A DNA stretch of 64,000 bases from Antedon mediterranea (Eukaryota; Animalia; Echinodermata), in NCBI RefSeq assembly GCF_964355755.1, contig NC_092671.1, forward strand, positions 25,680,070-25,744,069, given 5' to 3'. Below the pieces are notes generated by a model that was given only the letters and a program-made list of their open reading frames with translations, ran no database searches and had not been told where the DNA came from. The translations under genes were made by a program, and so were the position numbers. This document shows, one piece after another, positions 38,691-51,128 of the stretch; the stretch's first letter is position 1; each line of letters begins with the position of its first letter.

Positions 38691-40753
38691 AATACACTAT
38701 GTATATAACTTTGAAAAAAAAAATAACAAGTTTAATCACAGAAGAAAAACGAAAATATCGATCAGCAAGCAATGCCTGTTAGGTGTTTCACATTTCTAAC
38801 CTTTTTAAAGACGAAAAAGTTATCGCTGTAGGACCGGCATATACAGTACTATTTATTTTTACATTAAATGTAGCTTGTGACCTTAAATTAGATCTAAAAA
38901 CGTAGGGAATGGGGCTTTAACATAATGATGATTAACGTTTATTGTTATTGGTTCGACTTTTGCTAACCTACTGTAGATGATCGGAAATGGTACTCTTGCA
39001 CATAAAATTCAGGATAATGGCACATGTAGTTGCATTTTGGCCAGAAATTAGCAACTTTTATACATATTTTTTTATATTTTATTTTTCATAAGGAATTTAC
39101 TAAGGAAAATCATTAACTTACACCTTGTATTTACGTAACAAAAGTATGTGAACAATTACACTAATAGTATACTGGATATTCAGAAAGACGAAATAGAAAA
39201 AGAAATAATTTACTTATACGTTGTTTCTCAGAGAGTCTAATTACCGACTGGTACCACGTTGGTTATTAATTAGCTGTTGTATTGTATTGGCACCCCATAA
39301 CTAAATGTTAGCAGCCGTTTCGTTCACACACCTAGCTGATATATGATGCAACCCATCCTGTTACCGCACGCTGCTTAAAAAAGACAATATAGGCCCCTAG
39401 AGCATAGATTAGAATAATGCATAGCTAGGCTAGGCCTAGCTATATAGGCTTTATGAAATCGGTCGCGATAAAATCAACTTCCGGTATATTGTATGGCGCG
39501 CCGCTAGAGCTATACTTTTGATATCGGTCGCGTTTGAAATCGGTCGCGTTTGAAATTGGACGCGCTATTTTGTATGGAGCGAGATGCATGCTAGCGGGAT
39601 ATATATTTTCTTCGTTTATATAGATTTATTGATTGATTTTAGAAACTAGATTATTTATGTGGATATTTTTTATTTGGTTAATAAATATTTATTATCAATC
39701 ATTAAATTAATTTTTTTTTGTATTTCACAGGTCTCGGAGAAGGACTGTCTTTTCAAAATGGCTATTTCTAAACACGTTTAAATATTATATTAGGAATAAT
39801 ATTTAGGCATATAATAATTTACCTCTATTTATATGTACTGCAATTATATTATATAGAGAATATACATCTGTGTCTTTTATTATGCAAACAATTACGTAAA
39901 AGAGAACAATTTATTTGAAAACAATAATTTTTACAATGTATAGCCTGTAAAGCCAGCGTATCAATTTTATACTTATGCATACTGTGGCAGATTATATCAT
40001 ATCCATGTCGTTAACAACATACTATTTGATCACCTTATTTTTATTTCTATTTTATTTATATCCGTTATGTAGGATAATATTAAGTGTATAATGATTATTG
40101 TTTAGGCAAATCACGCGTATATTTTTATTTCTAATGTTTAAAATAGTTTTTACTAAAATTATCATTATATGCGGATGGTTAAAAGGCGCGTTACTGAAGT
40201 AAACCCCCGAATAAGCCCGGATCAGAGATGCACCTTCTATGACTGTGCAGCTGTTTCCTCTAACAATACATTATTTTGCTGACGGGGTTTCCCCTTTTTA
40301 ACACGCACTTGTTAGTGTGTCAAATCATGGACGAAACATGTGCGATCGTTGTCCATGGCCAGGTAAAGATGACGTTTATTACTAATAACCATACGTTTGA
40401 AACGTATAGGCCTCTTGCACGTGAAACGATGTATATAATTTACGTATATACTTCGGCAATACTATAGATTTTAATTTGAATATCTTTTATTTCTTCATTT
40501 ATAATAATCATTTAATGTAAATAATTAAGTAAGTGCAACTCAGTGTCTCACATCCATACGCTGTTCGTAAATCTAATCTAAATGTTTAAATATCAGTACA
40601 GATTACCTCTTTGAGAATCATGTCCACCTTTATTATCCATACATTATTATTCTCACATAGGGCCGGTAGATTGAACAAGCACGAATGTGCAATACTCGGG
40701 GTACAGCGAAAGAAGCTGTATACAGACGTATACAGTTAGAAAGTAAAGAAAAT

Positions 40754-40825
40754 AGGTTTCGCCAGGGCTCGAACCGGGACCTTCTGCGTGTTAAGCAGAC
40801 TTGACAACCACTACACTACGAAACC
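40754..40825 (-). tRNA. tRNA-Val(AAC)-like gene, probably a pseudogene
   Basis: GGTTTCG/CGAAACC acceptor, TCTGC-TTAACAC-GCAGA anticodon arm, GTTCGAGC T-loop, downstream TTTT. D-stem substitutions and a 1-nt deletion near the T-stem. Confidence 0.65.
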
Positions 40826-41037
40826 TCTTACATTAAAAATGTGGGTTACAGAAAGTTTTTTAATCCATTTAAATTACAAATAAATGGTAATAAGCACAAA
40901 GCAAAATAAACATGTGTAAAAGTGATAATTACCGATTACACAAAATAAGTATTTTAAAAAATAATAAAAATAAGATATACTCTGTATAATTATCATATTG
41001 CGTATACAGTACTTTTCACCATAAATTAAAAAAAAAA

Positions 41038-41110
41038 AGGTTTCGTCCGGGCTCGAACCAGGTACCTTCTGCGTGTTAAGCAAACGTGATAACCACTACG
41101 CCAAGAATCC
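41038..41110 (-). tRNA. tRNA-Val(AAC)-like pseudogene
   Basis: GGATTCTTGGCGTAGTGGTTATCACGTTTGCTTAACACGCAGAAGGTACCTGGTTCGAGCCCGGACGAAACC followed by a long T run. Two acceptor-stem mismatches. Confidence 0.65.
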
Positions 41111-41960
41111 GCATATAACCATATAACTACATAACGCTGTGGTGTGTGTCACACATTGTGGCTTCTTAATTAAACAAATTAATTAACAAAAAATTAAAAA
41201 TCCGGCTCTATAGCTTTGAGGACATGTCCCTGTAGTATGTTCATGCCAAATCCCAGCTCAATACTATAACGAATAAGGGAGGAGTAGTACTTTAAAAATC
41301 GCACTTTTTACTCAATAGTGTCCAGATGGAGGAAGAGAAGGAGAAAATGAGTAAGTACTAGACTCGGGTACCCCGAGTAAAAACGGCATATTATCTATAT
41401 ATTTTATATTAGCCTAAAACCATGCTCACGTCATAGTGGCGAATGTAAACATTATCATCATGCATCATCTTCCTTTTTATTGCATAAACCTCATTGAGCT
41501 GGTATCCACTTGCAGGTATAGAACGAGTTTTGTAATTAACTGTGATTAAAAAATACGCAATAGGCGCGTCTACTTGTTTAACTATTAAATATTATTTCAA
41601 AACTTTCAAAACAGTGGCATGCCAATCTTGTCAAAAACTTGCACAATATTCAATAAAACAAAAACATTTTTAAAACGATTTTCTAAAAGGACACATTACA
41701 ATTCATTCAAACCTGTAAGGTAAAATGAAAACACAAAATATTTATAAACAATGAGATAAATATTTATATTTACTGTACTTAAAAAATAACGATCAAGGTT
41801 TAAAAAAAAAAAGTAAAATAGTTAGGCCTATTATTAGAAATTCTAATATTCAAAATTAACTAAAAACATAATGAGAGTTTTCATTAAAAATGTATCTAAT
41901 GCGCCATATATAATTTAGCGCGACTAAAATAAAATGTGACCGATATCAAACGTAACTATA

Positions 41961-44900
41961 TGATAAAAAGCGTTCTGGACAGTTAGCGTCCAGAACGGTC
42001 GTGTTAAGAGCGAGCTCCGCTAGGCCCCGATAGATGCTTTCAACTCAAATATTCTTGCCTACACCATTGATTGTAAAGGGGACTACAGTAGATGCCGATG
42101 ACTTATCGCAACCGGCCTGAGCTATGACTGGAATTAATTCGCTATCACAATTTTAACGCTATTTTATGCAATACCTGAACAACTTTTATTATATTTTAAC
42201 CTGCTGTTTTTTATGAATTTTAACCTGCTGTTTTACCGAATCTTAACCTGCTATTTTTTTAGTTTTGATTGTTTGTATTATACCGGTAGTTTTACAGTGA
42301 AAGTTTGGACTCTGTAACTGTATTTCGATTGATTGTGTATCTGTGATGTTTTTCATTTTGGTAACCCTGCTGAACATTGGATAAGGGTACTAATTAAGAA
42401 TCTAGCTATTGACTTTTAACAACCAAACGACGAAGCGAATTCACTTGCATTCCATGACCACCTGGACACATTGTCATTTTGTTACCGCATAACTCGATAC
42501 ATTCCGCTGCAGAGCAAGGACGTGCTGGCCTTTGTTTTCGTCAAGCACAATTGGTGAGTGTACTTTTCCTTTCTATTTGTGTATAAGGATACATATGGCG
42601 GGAAGTATGAATGGTATTTTTCTGGCGCTGTCGCTATATGTTATGGTGTTGAAAAGATCACACCATCATCCTGAACATGAACAAGTCATTCATAAGTTAT
42701 GCCCTTCTTCAATTTATCTGGATAACCATACATCGAAGGATTTCAAGAATGTAGTCGGTTAGTGTTATACGTACCTATTTACATCAACCAAAAAATTCTC
42801 GCATTATGATTATAATTTTCATCGGAACACCAGACAGCTTGCATGTAGAACTTTAATTATCTGCTTACTATGGTGTGGTGACATCGAATCCAATCCTGGA
42901 CCAGCGAATGTACCTGTATCAAACAATTGTTGTGGTAAATGTCAACGGTGCGTCACTACCAGAAGCAGAGCCATATCGTGTGATGAGTGTAATAAGTGGA
43001 CTCATATAAAGTGAACTGATGGTTTCATGACGCCCAAAAGATACAAGTACATTGTAAACAACAATACTGAATTTGATTATGTATGCGTGGAATGCAGCTG
43101 GAAACATCTCCCATTTGATTCCTGTGGAAATCATAACGATGACATAGGATTAAGAACGCCACCCCCATTATTTAATTATAACGTCGCTCCTGAAGACTTC
43201 ACGCGGTTTAAACAGAAAGGAATACACATTCTACACTTAAATTAAATACAAGATCAATGATCCCCAAACTACCGGAACTGCGCGATATTGCATATAAAAG
43301 TATTTAAGCTGGTATTATCTCCATTAGCGAAACATGGATTGATGATTCGGTATCTGACAACGAAATTAAAATTGAAGGTTACTCAGTTCTACGAAGAGAT
43401 CGCGACCGCAAAGGCGGTGGCGTATGTACGTATATAAGGGATGACATCGCGTTTAACCGGCGTTCAGATATTGAATCCGACGAAGCTGAAGTACTTTGGA
43501 TTGAACTGAACCTGCCTAAAACCAAACCCATTATAATTGGAACATGTTACAGACCACCAAAGCAAACAAACTTTCTAACTCTGTTTGAAAATATGTTATC
43601 TAAAATTGGAATGGACAGTGAATTAATTGTTGTTGGCGATTTTAATATATGTACTTTAACAAAGTCATCTTTATTGAATAGCTATAATCAAATTCTAAAT
43701 ATGTTTAGTTTAAGTAACAAAGTAACTGAACCAACTAGGATATGCTCTACAGTTGCTTCATGCCTCGATCATATATTATGTAATAATGAGAATAAGATAA
43801 GCCAATCGGGTACAATCGCAACAGGTCTAAGCGATCACTTAATGACATTTTGTACACGGAAAACTATTAAACTTACAGTAAGTTCAATGGACATAAAAAT
43901 GTATATATCAGATCACTAAAAAACTATACCGTTGATCAATTTAGAAACATACTAATAGATATCGATTGGTCAGTAGTTACCTCTATCGGAGATGTAAATG
44001 AAGCTCTGTATAAATTTAATGCATTACTTTTGGCTGCTATTGATTCCATTGCCCCCCTTAAAATCATTAGGATGAAAGAAACAACGGAACCATGGTTAAC
44101 TATTTCGCAAACTAAAAAATAAAATACAGCGTGATATAAATAAAGCTAAATCAAATCATTTGTTAAACAAGGCTGAAGAAAATAAAAATAACCCTAAAAA
44201 ATTATGGAAAATGTTTAAAGGTCTAGGCTATAGTAATAAATCTAAGGATAGTGCTAAAACGGTTATTGACCTGCCCAATGGTACTAAATGTTTCGACCCA
44301 GCCAAAATTGCTTCTTGCTTCAACGAATATTTTACTACTATTGCTGCCAATTTGGTCAGTAAACTTCCATCCCCTAAGAATGTGTATGACTTACTTAGAT
44401 GTATTGTCCCTTTGACTAATTCCAAAAAAATTAAAAATAATAGATTTCGAAAAAAGGTGGGTCATTTTGAAGTATCATAATAGTTATGATTTCGAAAAAA
44501 AAAAAAATTTAACTGAAATACAGATGTTTTTTTGTTAAAAAAATAACTTTGACTTCCAGTCAAAGTTTTCAATCAAAACATATCCCATAATGAAACACGC
44601 TTGTTTGGCTACTCTGTATGCATGATTATAAAACTTCCTCATGATCTGTGTGAAAATACCTTCTTAACCGTGACGAGTTGTAAACAATCCTAATTTAGCA
44701 TATGCATAATGCGTACTCAAGGCTTGAAATCTTTGTTTACTTTCGCTCGTGACGATTTTCCAGATGAAATGTAATCAAACTAATTTACCTGTTAATTGCG
44801 TAAACTTGTTGTTTTTGGCTCAAATTTTCCACTTAAAGTAAATAACTTTAATATTACTTTGATATGGCCACTTTAAATTTAGAATATTTTGACCTTCATT

Positions 44901-46772
44901 TTTTTTTGTGTTTCAAGGGACAATACATCTTTAAGGATTTCTATAGAACCGTTAGTGGCAATAACTTTATGCTCAACTCAGTGGACGAAGACTTTATATA
45001 TAGTGAATTAAACAAACTTAATGCGACAAAAAGCATGGGTGTCGATAAGATACCTCCCCGCTTCATAAAAGATGGGGCTGAAATTCTAAAAGTTCCCATT
45101 ACCTACATAATTAATTTATCAATTAGTACCAGTACAGTCCCAGAAGACATGAAAAAGGCCAAAGGTCATACCTCTTTATAAAAAAGGTAGTAGAACCGAT
45201 ATTGGAAACTATCGCCCTATAAGTATACTCAGTACAATGTCTAAAATTTTAGAGAAGGCTGTTTTTATTCAAATCGAAAAATACCTAAGTACTGAAAACA
45301 ACGTATTGTATAAATATCAATCTGGATTTCGAGCTGCCTTCTCTACTGACACATGTTTGATAGACTTAGTTGATTCCCTTAAAACCCAAACTTCTAAGAG
45401 AAATTTCTCGGGTATGGTGTTGGTCGATTTAAAGAAGGCTTTTGACACTGTAGTGTAGATCATGACATTTTATGTAATAAGCTTAAATTAATGGGTATTG
45501 GATCTATTGAATGGTTCAAATCTTACTTATCAATAAGAAAGCAAATAGTAACTGTTGATGATCATTGCTCTCAATCTTGTACTGTTACATGCGGGGTTCC
45601 TCAAGGAAGTATCCTTGGACCGTGTTAATGACATGGTAACTTGTATTGATCCTGATTGTAAACCCCTTCTATACGCTGATGACAGTGCAATTGTTTATTC
45701 ACACAGAAATCCAGATATTATTTCTAAGAAGCTAGGGTCAACACTAGACTCCTTGTGTGATTGGCTTGTAGACAATAAATTAACAATTAACCTGGATAAA
45801 ACTGAGTGTATACTACTATTTGGTTCTAAGAGAAAAACTAAAAATGTTAACAATTTTAATGTCTCAACAAATGGTAACAATATCAACACTAGTAATTGTG
45901 TCAAGTATCTGGGTATTGAAATAGATCAAAATTTAACGTGTTCTGAATATGCATGTAAAACCATTAAGAAAATCTATAATAGGCTTAAGTTTATGTACCG
46001 CCAACGTAAGATACTAAGTTGTAAGAATCGTAAACTATTATGCTCTGCTCTTATTCAATGTGTTTTTGACTATGCAGCATCTTCTTGGTTCTGTGGAACC
46101 AGTAAAGCTATCCGAAGAAAACTACAAATTGCTCAAAACAAAATGGTTAGACTCATAAAAGGAGTTGAACCCAGAAGACATATAGGTGCTGATCAATTAG
46201 ACGATTATGGATTGTTAAATGTAAAATATCGAGTAAAGTTCTTGCAAATTAGCCAAGTTCATAAGATATTTATGGGCAGAAGTGCTTCATACCTAAACGA
46301 AAACTTTCGTAGAGTTAATAACTTACATGGTCACTTCACTCGTGGTAGTAAACTCAATTTTAATGCAATCAGAGAATGGAATAACCTTCCTGACTATATT
46401 AAACAAATTTCCAACACATCTAAATTTAAAACTGAATTGAAACAATATTACAAAATTAAACATAGATAAATTATTATTGTGCCATTATATCACATGTTTT
46501 GCTTATATGCTTATATATTTATGAACCCGTCTTATAATGTTTGTTTTGTTAAAATTATAATTACTATCTTTTTGGGGACCACATTGGAATTAAGTTGTTT
46601 TACTTTAAACGACTTTATGTGTTTTCCCGTGCATCGTCAGACTTCATTAATCCCACCATTTTTATTTGCTTTTTTGATGTATTTTAATATTTAAGTGATT
46701 ATATATATTAATTATTATTGATGTATTTTTAATGTTATGTATTGAGATGCCAAATAAATGAAAGAAAGAAAT
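41961..46772 (+). mobile_element. Near full-length decayed LINE (Crack/Daphne/L2 group): 2A peptide - PHD - APE - RT
   Basis: GDIESNPGP at 42877-42903; PHD C-x2-C..C-x2-C-x4-H; APE (ILHLN, SETW, RDRKGGGV, YRPP, GDFN, LDHI, SDH); RT (YRPISIL, DLKKAFD, GVPQGS, YADD, KYLG); 3' stem-loop, AATAAA and (GAAA)n tail. Confidence 0.92.
44397..44930. mobile_element. Kolobok-type MITE nested in the LINE
   Basis: AGATGTATTGTCCCT...AGGGACAATACATCT|TTAA. Same TIR as 34276-35298 with a different interior; the left TTAA is eroded. Confidence 0.8.
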
Positions 46773-47083
46773 ATCTAGCGGCGCTCCATACAAAATACCG
46801 GATGTTGATTTTATCGCGACCGATTTCAAACGCTACCGATTTCAAGCGCGACCGATTTCATCTGACACCCCCAAAACTACGTAGGCCTGGCTAACTTAAC
46901 TAGGGCCGCCTAGCCTAGTCTACTACTACTAGGCCTAGCTAGTGTAGTAGTACGTAGGCCAGCTAGCCTAGCCCTACCTACTACTATATCTCATTATTAA
47001 ATAAAATGTTTACTCTTTTTGACAAAAATCCTTTTCGCTCTGGCCTCTCTCATTACGTCATGTGTGTTGGGGTAATCCCATTG

Positions 47084-47410
47084 TGGAGATATGTAAAGCC
47101 GAAGGCTAGAGGGCGTACTCCAGACTGAAAAGTGAATCCAGAGCGAGATGTAATAAGCCGAAGGCTAGAGGGCGTACTCCAGACTGAAAAGTGATTTCAA
47201 CAGAAGGGGGAACCAACAAGATGGCGGCCGTAAATTTTAATTTTATAACTTCACTGTGCTTTCAAGAATATGTGTTGTAATTTATGTGATCTTTTTATAT
47301 TAAATAATGTTTTTAAACACATTTATTTATGGCCGCCATCTTGTTGGTTCCCGCCTGTTGGAATCACTTTTCATTCTGGAGTACGCCCTCTAGCCTTCGG
47401 CTTACATCTC
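47084..47410. mobile_element. Foldback MITE with tandem 60-bp duplication in the left arm
   Basis: aagccgaaggctagagggcgtactccagactgaaaagtga occurs twice, with an inverted copy at 47328-47410. AAGATGGCGGC (YY1-like) occurs in both arms. Confidence 0.75.
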
Positions 47411-48179
47411 ACTGATGGAGGCGAATCACTTTTTGAACTGCGATAACACTGTAGTTTAACATCCAGCCTTTGGCTATATAAAATCATTGGAAAATCCCTC
47501 AGAAAAGTAGCACACCCAAGATGACGACGGAATATCTTTATATAAAAACAATTGATACTTGGTATAAATGTTCAATATAAGTTGCTCCATCCACATTGAA
47601 AAAAAAAAATTACTATCAAGCCATATCACTGATTTTTTTTAATTTACGTTTTTACAAAATGTACACTTATGAAAGACCATACAATTCATTTTTTCAACCT
47701 AATACCGATTTTGAAAAAAACAACCAACAAAAAACGTTTATGAATGCAATTTTGTTTCTGTGAATAGAGCAACCTATATTGAACATATAAAGAAGTTTCA
47801 AATGTTTTTAAATACGAAAATAATTTTGTATCGATGTTTTTTGTATAATTATGTTTTTAAGCAAAATTCTATCCATAACCCGAATTTGTAATGTTAAATG
47901 TGATATTTATTGAAGTGCTTTGAATACGTTGATGAAATTTGGAGAGGTATATATGAAACTTTGTTAGGAGTAGAACCAGCTTCCAACATTAAATGTTAAA
48001 AATATGTTCATATTACCCATTAATTAATTATTAATAATTAATAAATTAATAGAAAACTAGAGAGGGCATTTTTCGATAAGAAAATGAATGGTTTTTATGT
48101 GCGTTATTATTCCGCTCGAGTTTATTCAATGTACTGTAATATACACTGTATACTATTTTATTGGGAAGTAATTTTTTGT

Positions 48180-49380
48180 GTGTGAATTTTCTTGGAGTTG
48201 CTTGAATTGAAAACGTATCCGCTTACTTCTTTTCTTCAGAAAACATCTAATTTAGGTCTTAATTATAATTCAATTGGGCGCAAATTTCTTACTTTTTTTT
48301 GTTTTTCACTTTTCTTTTCCAGAAATCAAACCACTTGATATCTTCGTTAAATACGTTATTCCATTTAAAATGCCTTTCGGTGGAATAAAAACATTATTAA
48401 CAAAGTTAGAATAAACATCTTTTGTTGTCATCTTATTGTTGTTATATTGTTGATATTGTATTCCAGATTCACATTCATTGGTTCATATTTGGCATATTAT
48501 GTTTAATTATACTTAACATATTCACCTATCCGTGCAAACGCGACTATACAGGTCACTATGTCGGTTGTTCGGTCGGTCGATAAACACTTAACTCAAATTT
48601 GCGCACGCGACTGCAGCCATGTATGGCCTTGTTCTCAATACGTAATTGTTTAAGTATTCCTATAGGTTTCACGATTGAAAATAATTATATCTCCAATTTG
48701 ATTAAAACCTGCATCTATCCAGTTCTTAAAGAACAATGGTTTGTTTCTATATTATTTAATATAATTATTACCCCATAAGTTTTGATTTTACTTCTTCATA
48801 CTTGTTAATTGTATTTCATTATGTATATTATTCGATTCAACACAACACTTTAGAACATTATAATAAAATAAAATGATGGTATATTATCTAAACCCATGTT
48901 ATTTTTAGAAGTGATATTTGACATACTCAAAAATCAGTTGTTCATTTCCAAATTTATTAAAATAGTATAGTGGTAAGATTTTCCATCTTACTTGTATTCT
49001 ACCTCGTAATTTTCTTGCCCATATCATTTTCAGAGCGTTTATGTGTAGTGTGAATTCAGGCATACCTATGCCTCCTTTAATCAGTTTACCGATTAAAGTT
49101 TTTCTTTTTATTTTTTCCGTTTTTCCATTCCATAAAATGTTATATATCAATTTATTTACTTTAAAAATAACATCGTCCGGTACACTTCGATTATTCATGC
49201 ATCATGCAAAGCTAAACTTTTTAAAATGGTAGGCTTAACTTTGCCAAAAAAGGTAAGGTTTCTTAGGCTTTCCATGTATTGAGTAGCATTCTAAGTTTGT
49301 CACCTTACTATCCCAGTCTAATTCACTGCATTTGTTCTCATTATTTCGCACATAAATACCCACAATCTTAATTCGTTCAT
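48180..49380 (-). mobile_element. Decayed L1/Tx1-clade ORF2 C-terminal fragment
   Basis: 'ILWNGKTEKIKRKTLIGKLIKGGIGMP..ALKMIW' and 'LWGNNY' remnants. Confidence 0.7.
48530..48633 (+). mobile_element. Short DINE-1/HINE-like element related to 19628-20416
   Basis: cgcgactatacaggtcactatgtcggt...gcacgcgactgcagccatgtatggccttgtt. Confidence 0.6.
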
Positions 49381-49422
49381 CTTAAAAATAAGTTTAACTG
49401 GAAACTGAGGAAATTCGGATTA

Positions 49423-49590
49423 GGCCCTCCTCGGACCCACGGCAGCTAGCAGTGCAGCTCCTACCAGATCAGCACACCGGGAGATGATCCCCTACTCTTT
49501 TCGAATAGTGTACCAAGTTCTTTAACGTGAACTGTTAAGTACACGGGACCAACGGCTTTACATCCCATCCAAAGGACGAGACAATGAGAG
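49423..49590 (-). mobile_element. DeuSINE (Deu-domain) fragment
   Basis: ccctactcttttcgaatagtg...ttctttaacgtg...gggaccaacggctttacatcccatccaaaggacg resembles the Deu core, from recall. Confidence 0.65.
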
Positions 49591-50448
49591 TTTTTGGTTC
49601 ACCTGTACTTGATCTTCCTATAAATATTGAAGTTACATTCGATAGATTTTGTAAAGATTTCACCAAACGGGCATGGAAAAAGAGAAGGGAAATCAACAAT
49701 GAAAATGATTAGTTCTTTGATTTTTGAATCCTGTATTACTTTGGTTAATGTTTTTTTTTAATATCTTGTACATAATTTATTTAAAGTTGCTTTGTACAGT
49801 AAATAGGCCTATTCTTAAATAATTTTTTTTCTATAACTTTTATTTTACTTACTATACTATCAACGCATTCAAGAAGTGTGCCAGCTGTTTCAAAAGTTTT
49901 ACTTTTGTTAATGTTATTTTTTTATATCTTGTACATAATATATTTTAAGTTTCCTTGTACTGTAAATAGGCCTAACTTTTATTTTACTTACTCTGGATGC
50001 ACCTTCATTCAAGAAGTGTGCCACTGTTTCAAAAGTAAAAAAATATGTTTGATGGCCAAATTCAAAATTAAGCATGCTGTTCATCTAGAAGTAGAATTAT
50101 ATTTGAACAGAAAACAGCCTGCTACAGTATGGTATCATTATATATTAATTATGCATGTGTATTTTTATAATCATAGGGTCCACTAATAGGTTTGATAGGT
50201 GATAATAAAACATACTCCGAAAAAAGTGGGCCAAGCCATTATGATTTATAATGGTAATGGAAATGAACCTAGTTTGTTTTCTTGATAGATTCTTCTGATA
50301 ATCGGAAGCAAATTTCTAATCTAACAGACTATAAATTTCCATTCTTGAACAAGAAGATATGGCTGGAATAAATTCCGGTGGATATACTAAAATTGAATTA
50401 ATTAATTTGAAACGATAAAATGAGGAAATCTGTTAGAATGAGAAAAAA

Positions 50449-50522
50449 TCGCCCCAACCGAGATTCAAACCCGGACCTTCTGCTTGATATGCAGCTTTCC
50501 TAACCATTAGACCACTGGGGCT
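50449..50522 (-). pseudogene. tRNA-like Pol III unit followed by T6
   Basis: Minus strand GCCCCAGTGGTCTAATGGTTAGGAAAGCTGCATATCAAGCAGAAGGTCCGGGTTTGAATCTCGGTTGGGGCG-ATTTTTT. Confidence 0.55.
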
Positions 50523-51098
50523 TTCATAGTAATGTTCAAACTCAGCAAAACAATAAGCAAATTTCTTTCTCCTAATTTAATGTTATTATCCTTCCGTTAT
50601 CCTAATAAGCAATTTTTGAAATTGCATACATTACCCACAACCATTGCAACATAGATGCGTCTGAATCAATTTAAAAATCAACAATTCCAACTTAGTTTTA
50701 TGTAGTTTAGGATAACTGTAACATACTGTAGTTTTAAATATGCATCATCAGTAGGCCTGTTGATGTAAATAGTTTTTATTGCTTCTCTGCTACAAACAAT
50801 AAATTAGAAAAACAAAATTCAAATTTGGTTTGGTTTGTTATCTTTGTCTTTCTATAATTTATACAGCACAATACACATATGTTTTTAAAGATATTTGTCT
50901 ATTAAACTTTAGTTAATCATGTTAACACACCATATCATACATCCGTCACGTATCAAATACTTAAACTTGGTATTGAAGAGCGAGTAAGACCATTTCAAAG
51001 TTTAAAGAATCTAGGATAGAGAAAGAGAGAGAAAATCAGAAAAAGATGGTTTGAAAAAAAAAATCGAATTTGTGATGAGATATTGGAGAAAGATAGAC

Positions 51099-51118
51099 CA
51101 TGGAACTATAGTTCCATG
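51099..51118. mobile_element. 20-bp perfect palindromic mini-element
   Basis: GATAGAC|CATGGAACTATAGTTCCATG. The matching TCCATG|GATAGAC end is at 52787-52799, displaced by a later insertion. Confidence 0.7.
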
Positions 51119-51128
51119 GTAGTTCCAT

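Larger units (their letters stand above)
39453..46870. mobile_element. Mutator-like non-autonomous element with long repeat-containing TIRs; right TIR split by a LINE
   Basis: Left TIR ATGAAATCGGTCGCGATAAAATCAACTTCCGGTAT...CCGCTAGA. Its inverted copy at 46773-46870 ends CATCTGACACCC. The inner part of the right TIR is at ~41915-41960. Confidence 0.75.

Noticed and set aside
43012-43014. In-frame TGA at a PHD cysteine as selenocysteine
   Set aside because: The element has many other stops and frameshifts and no SECIS was recognised. A TGY-to-TGA decay mutation is simpler.
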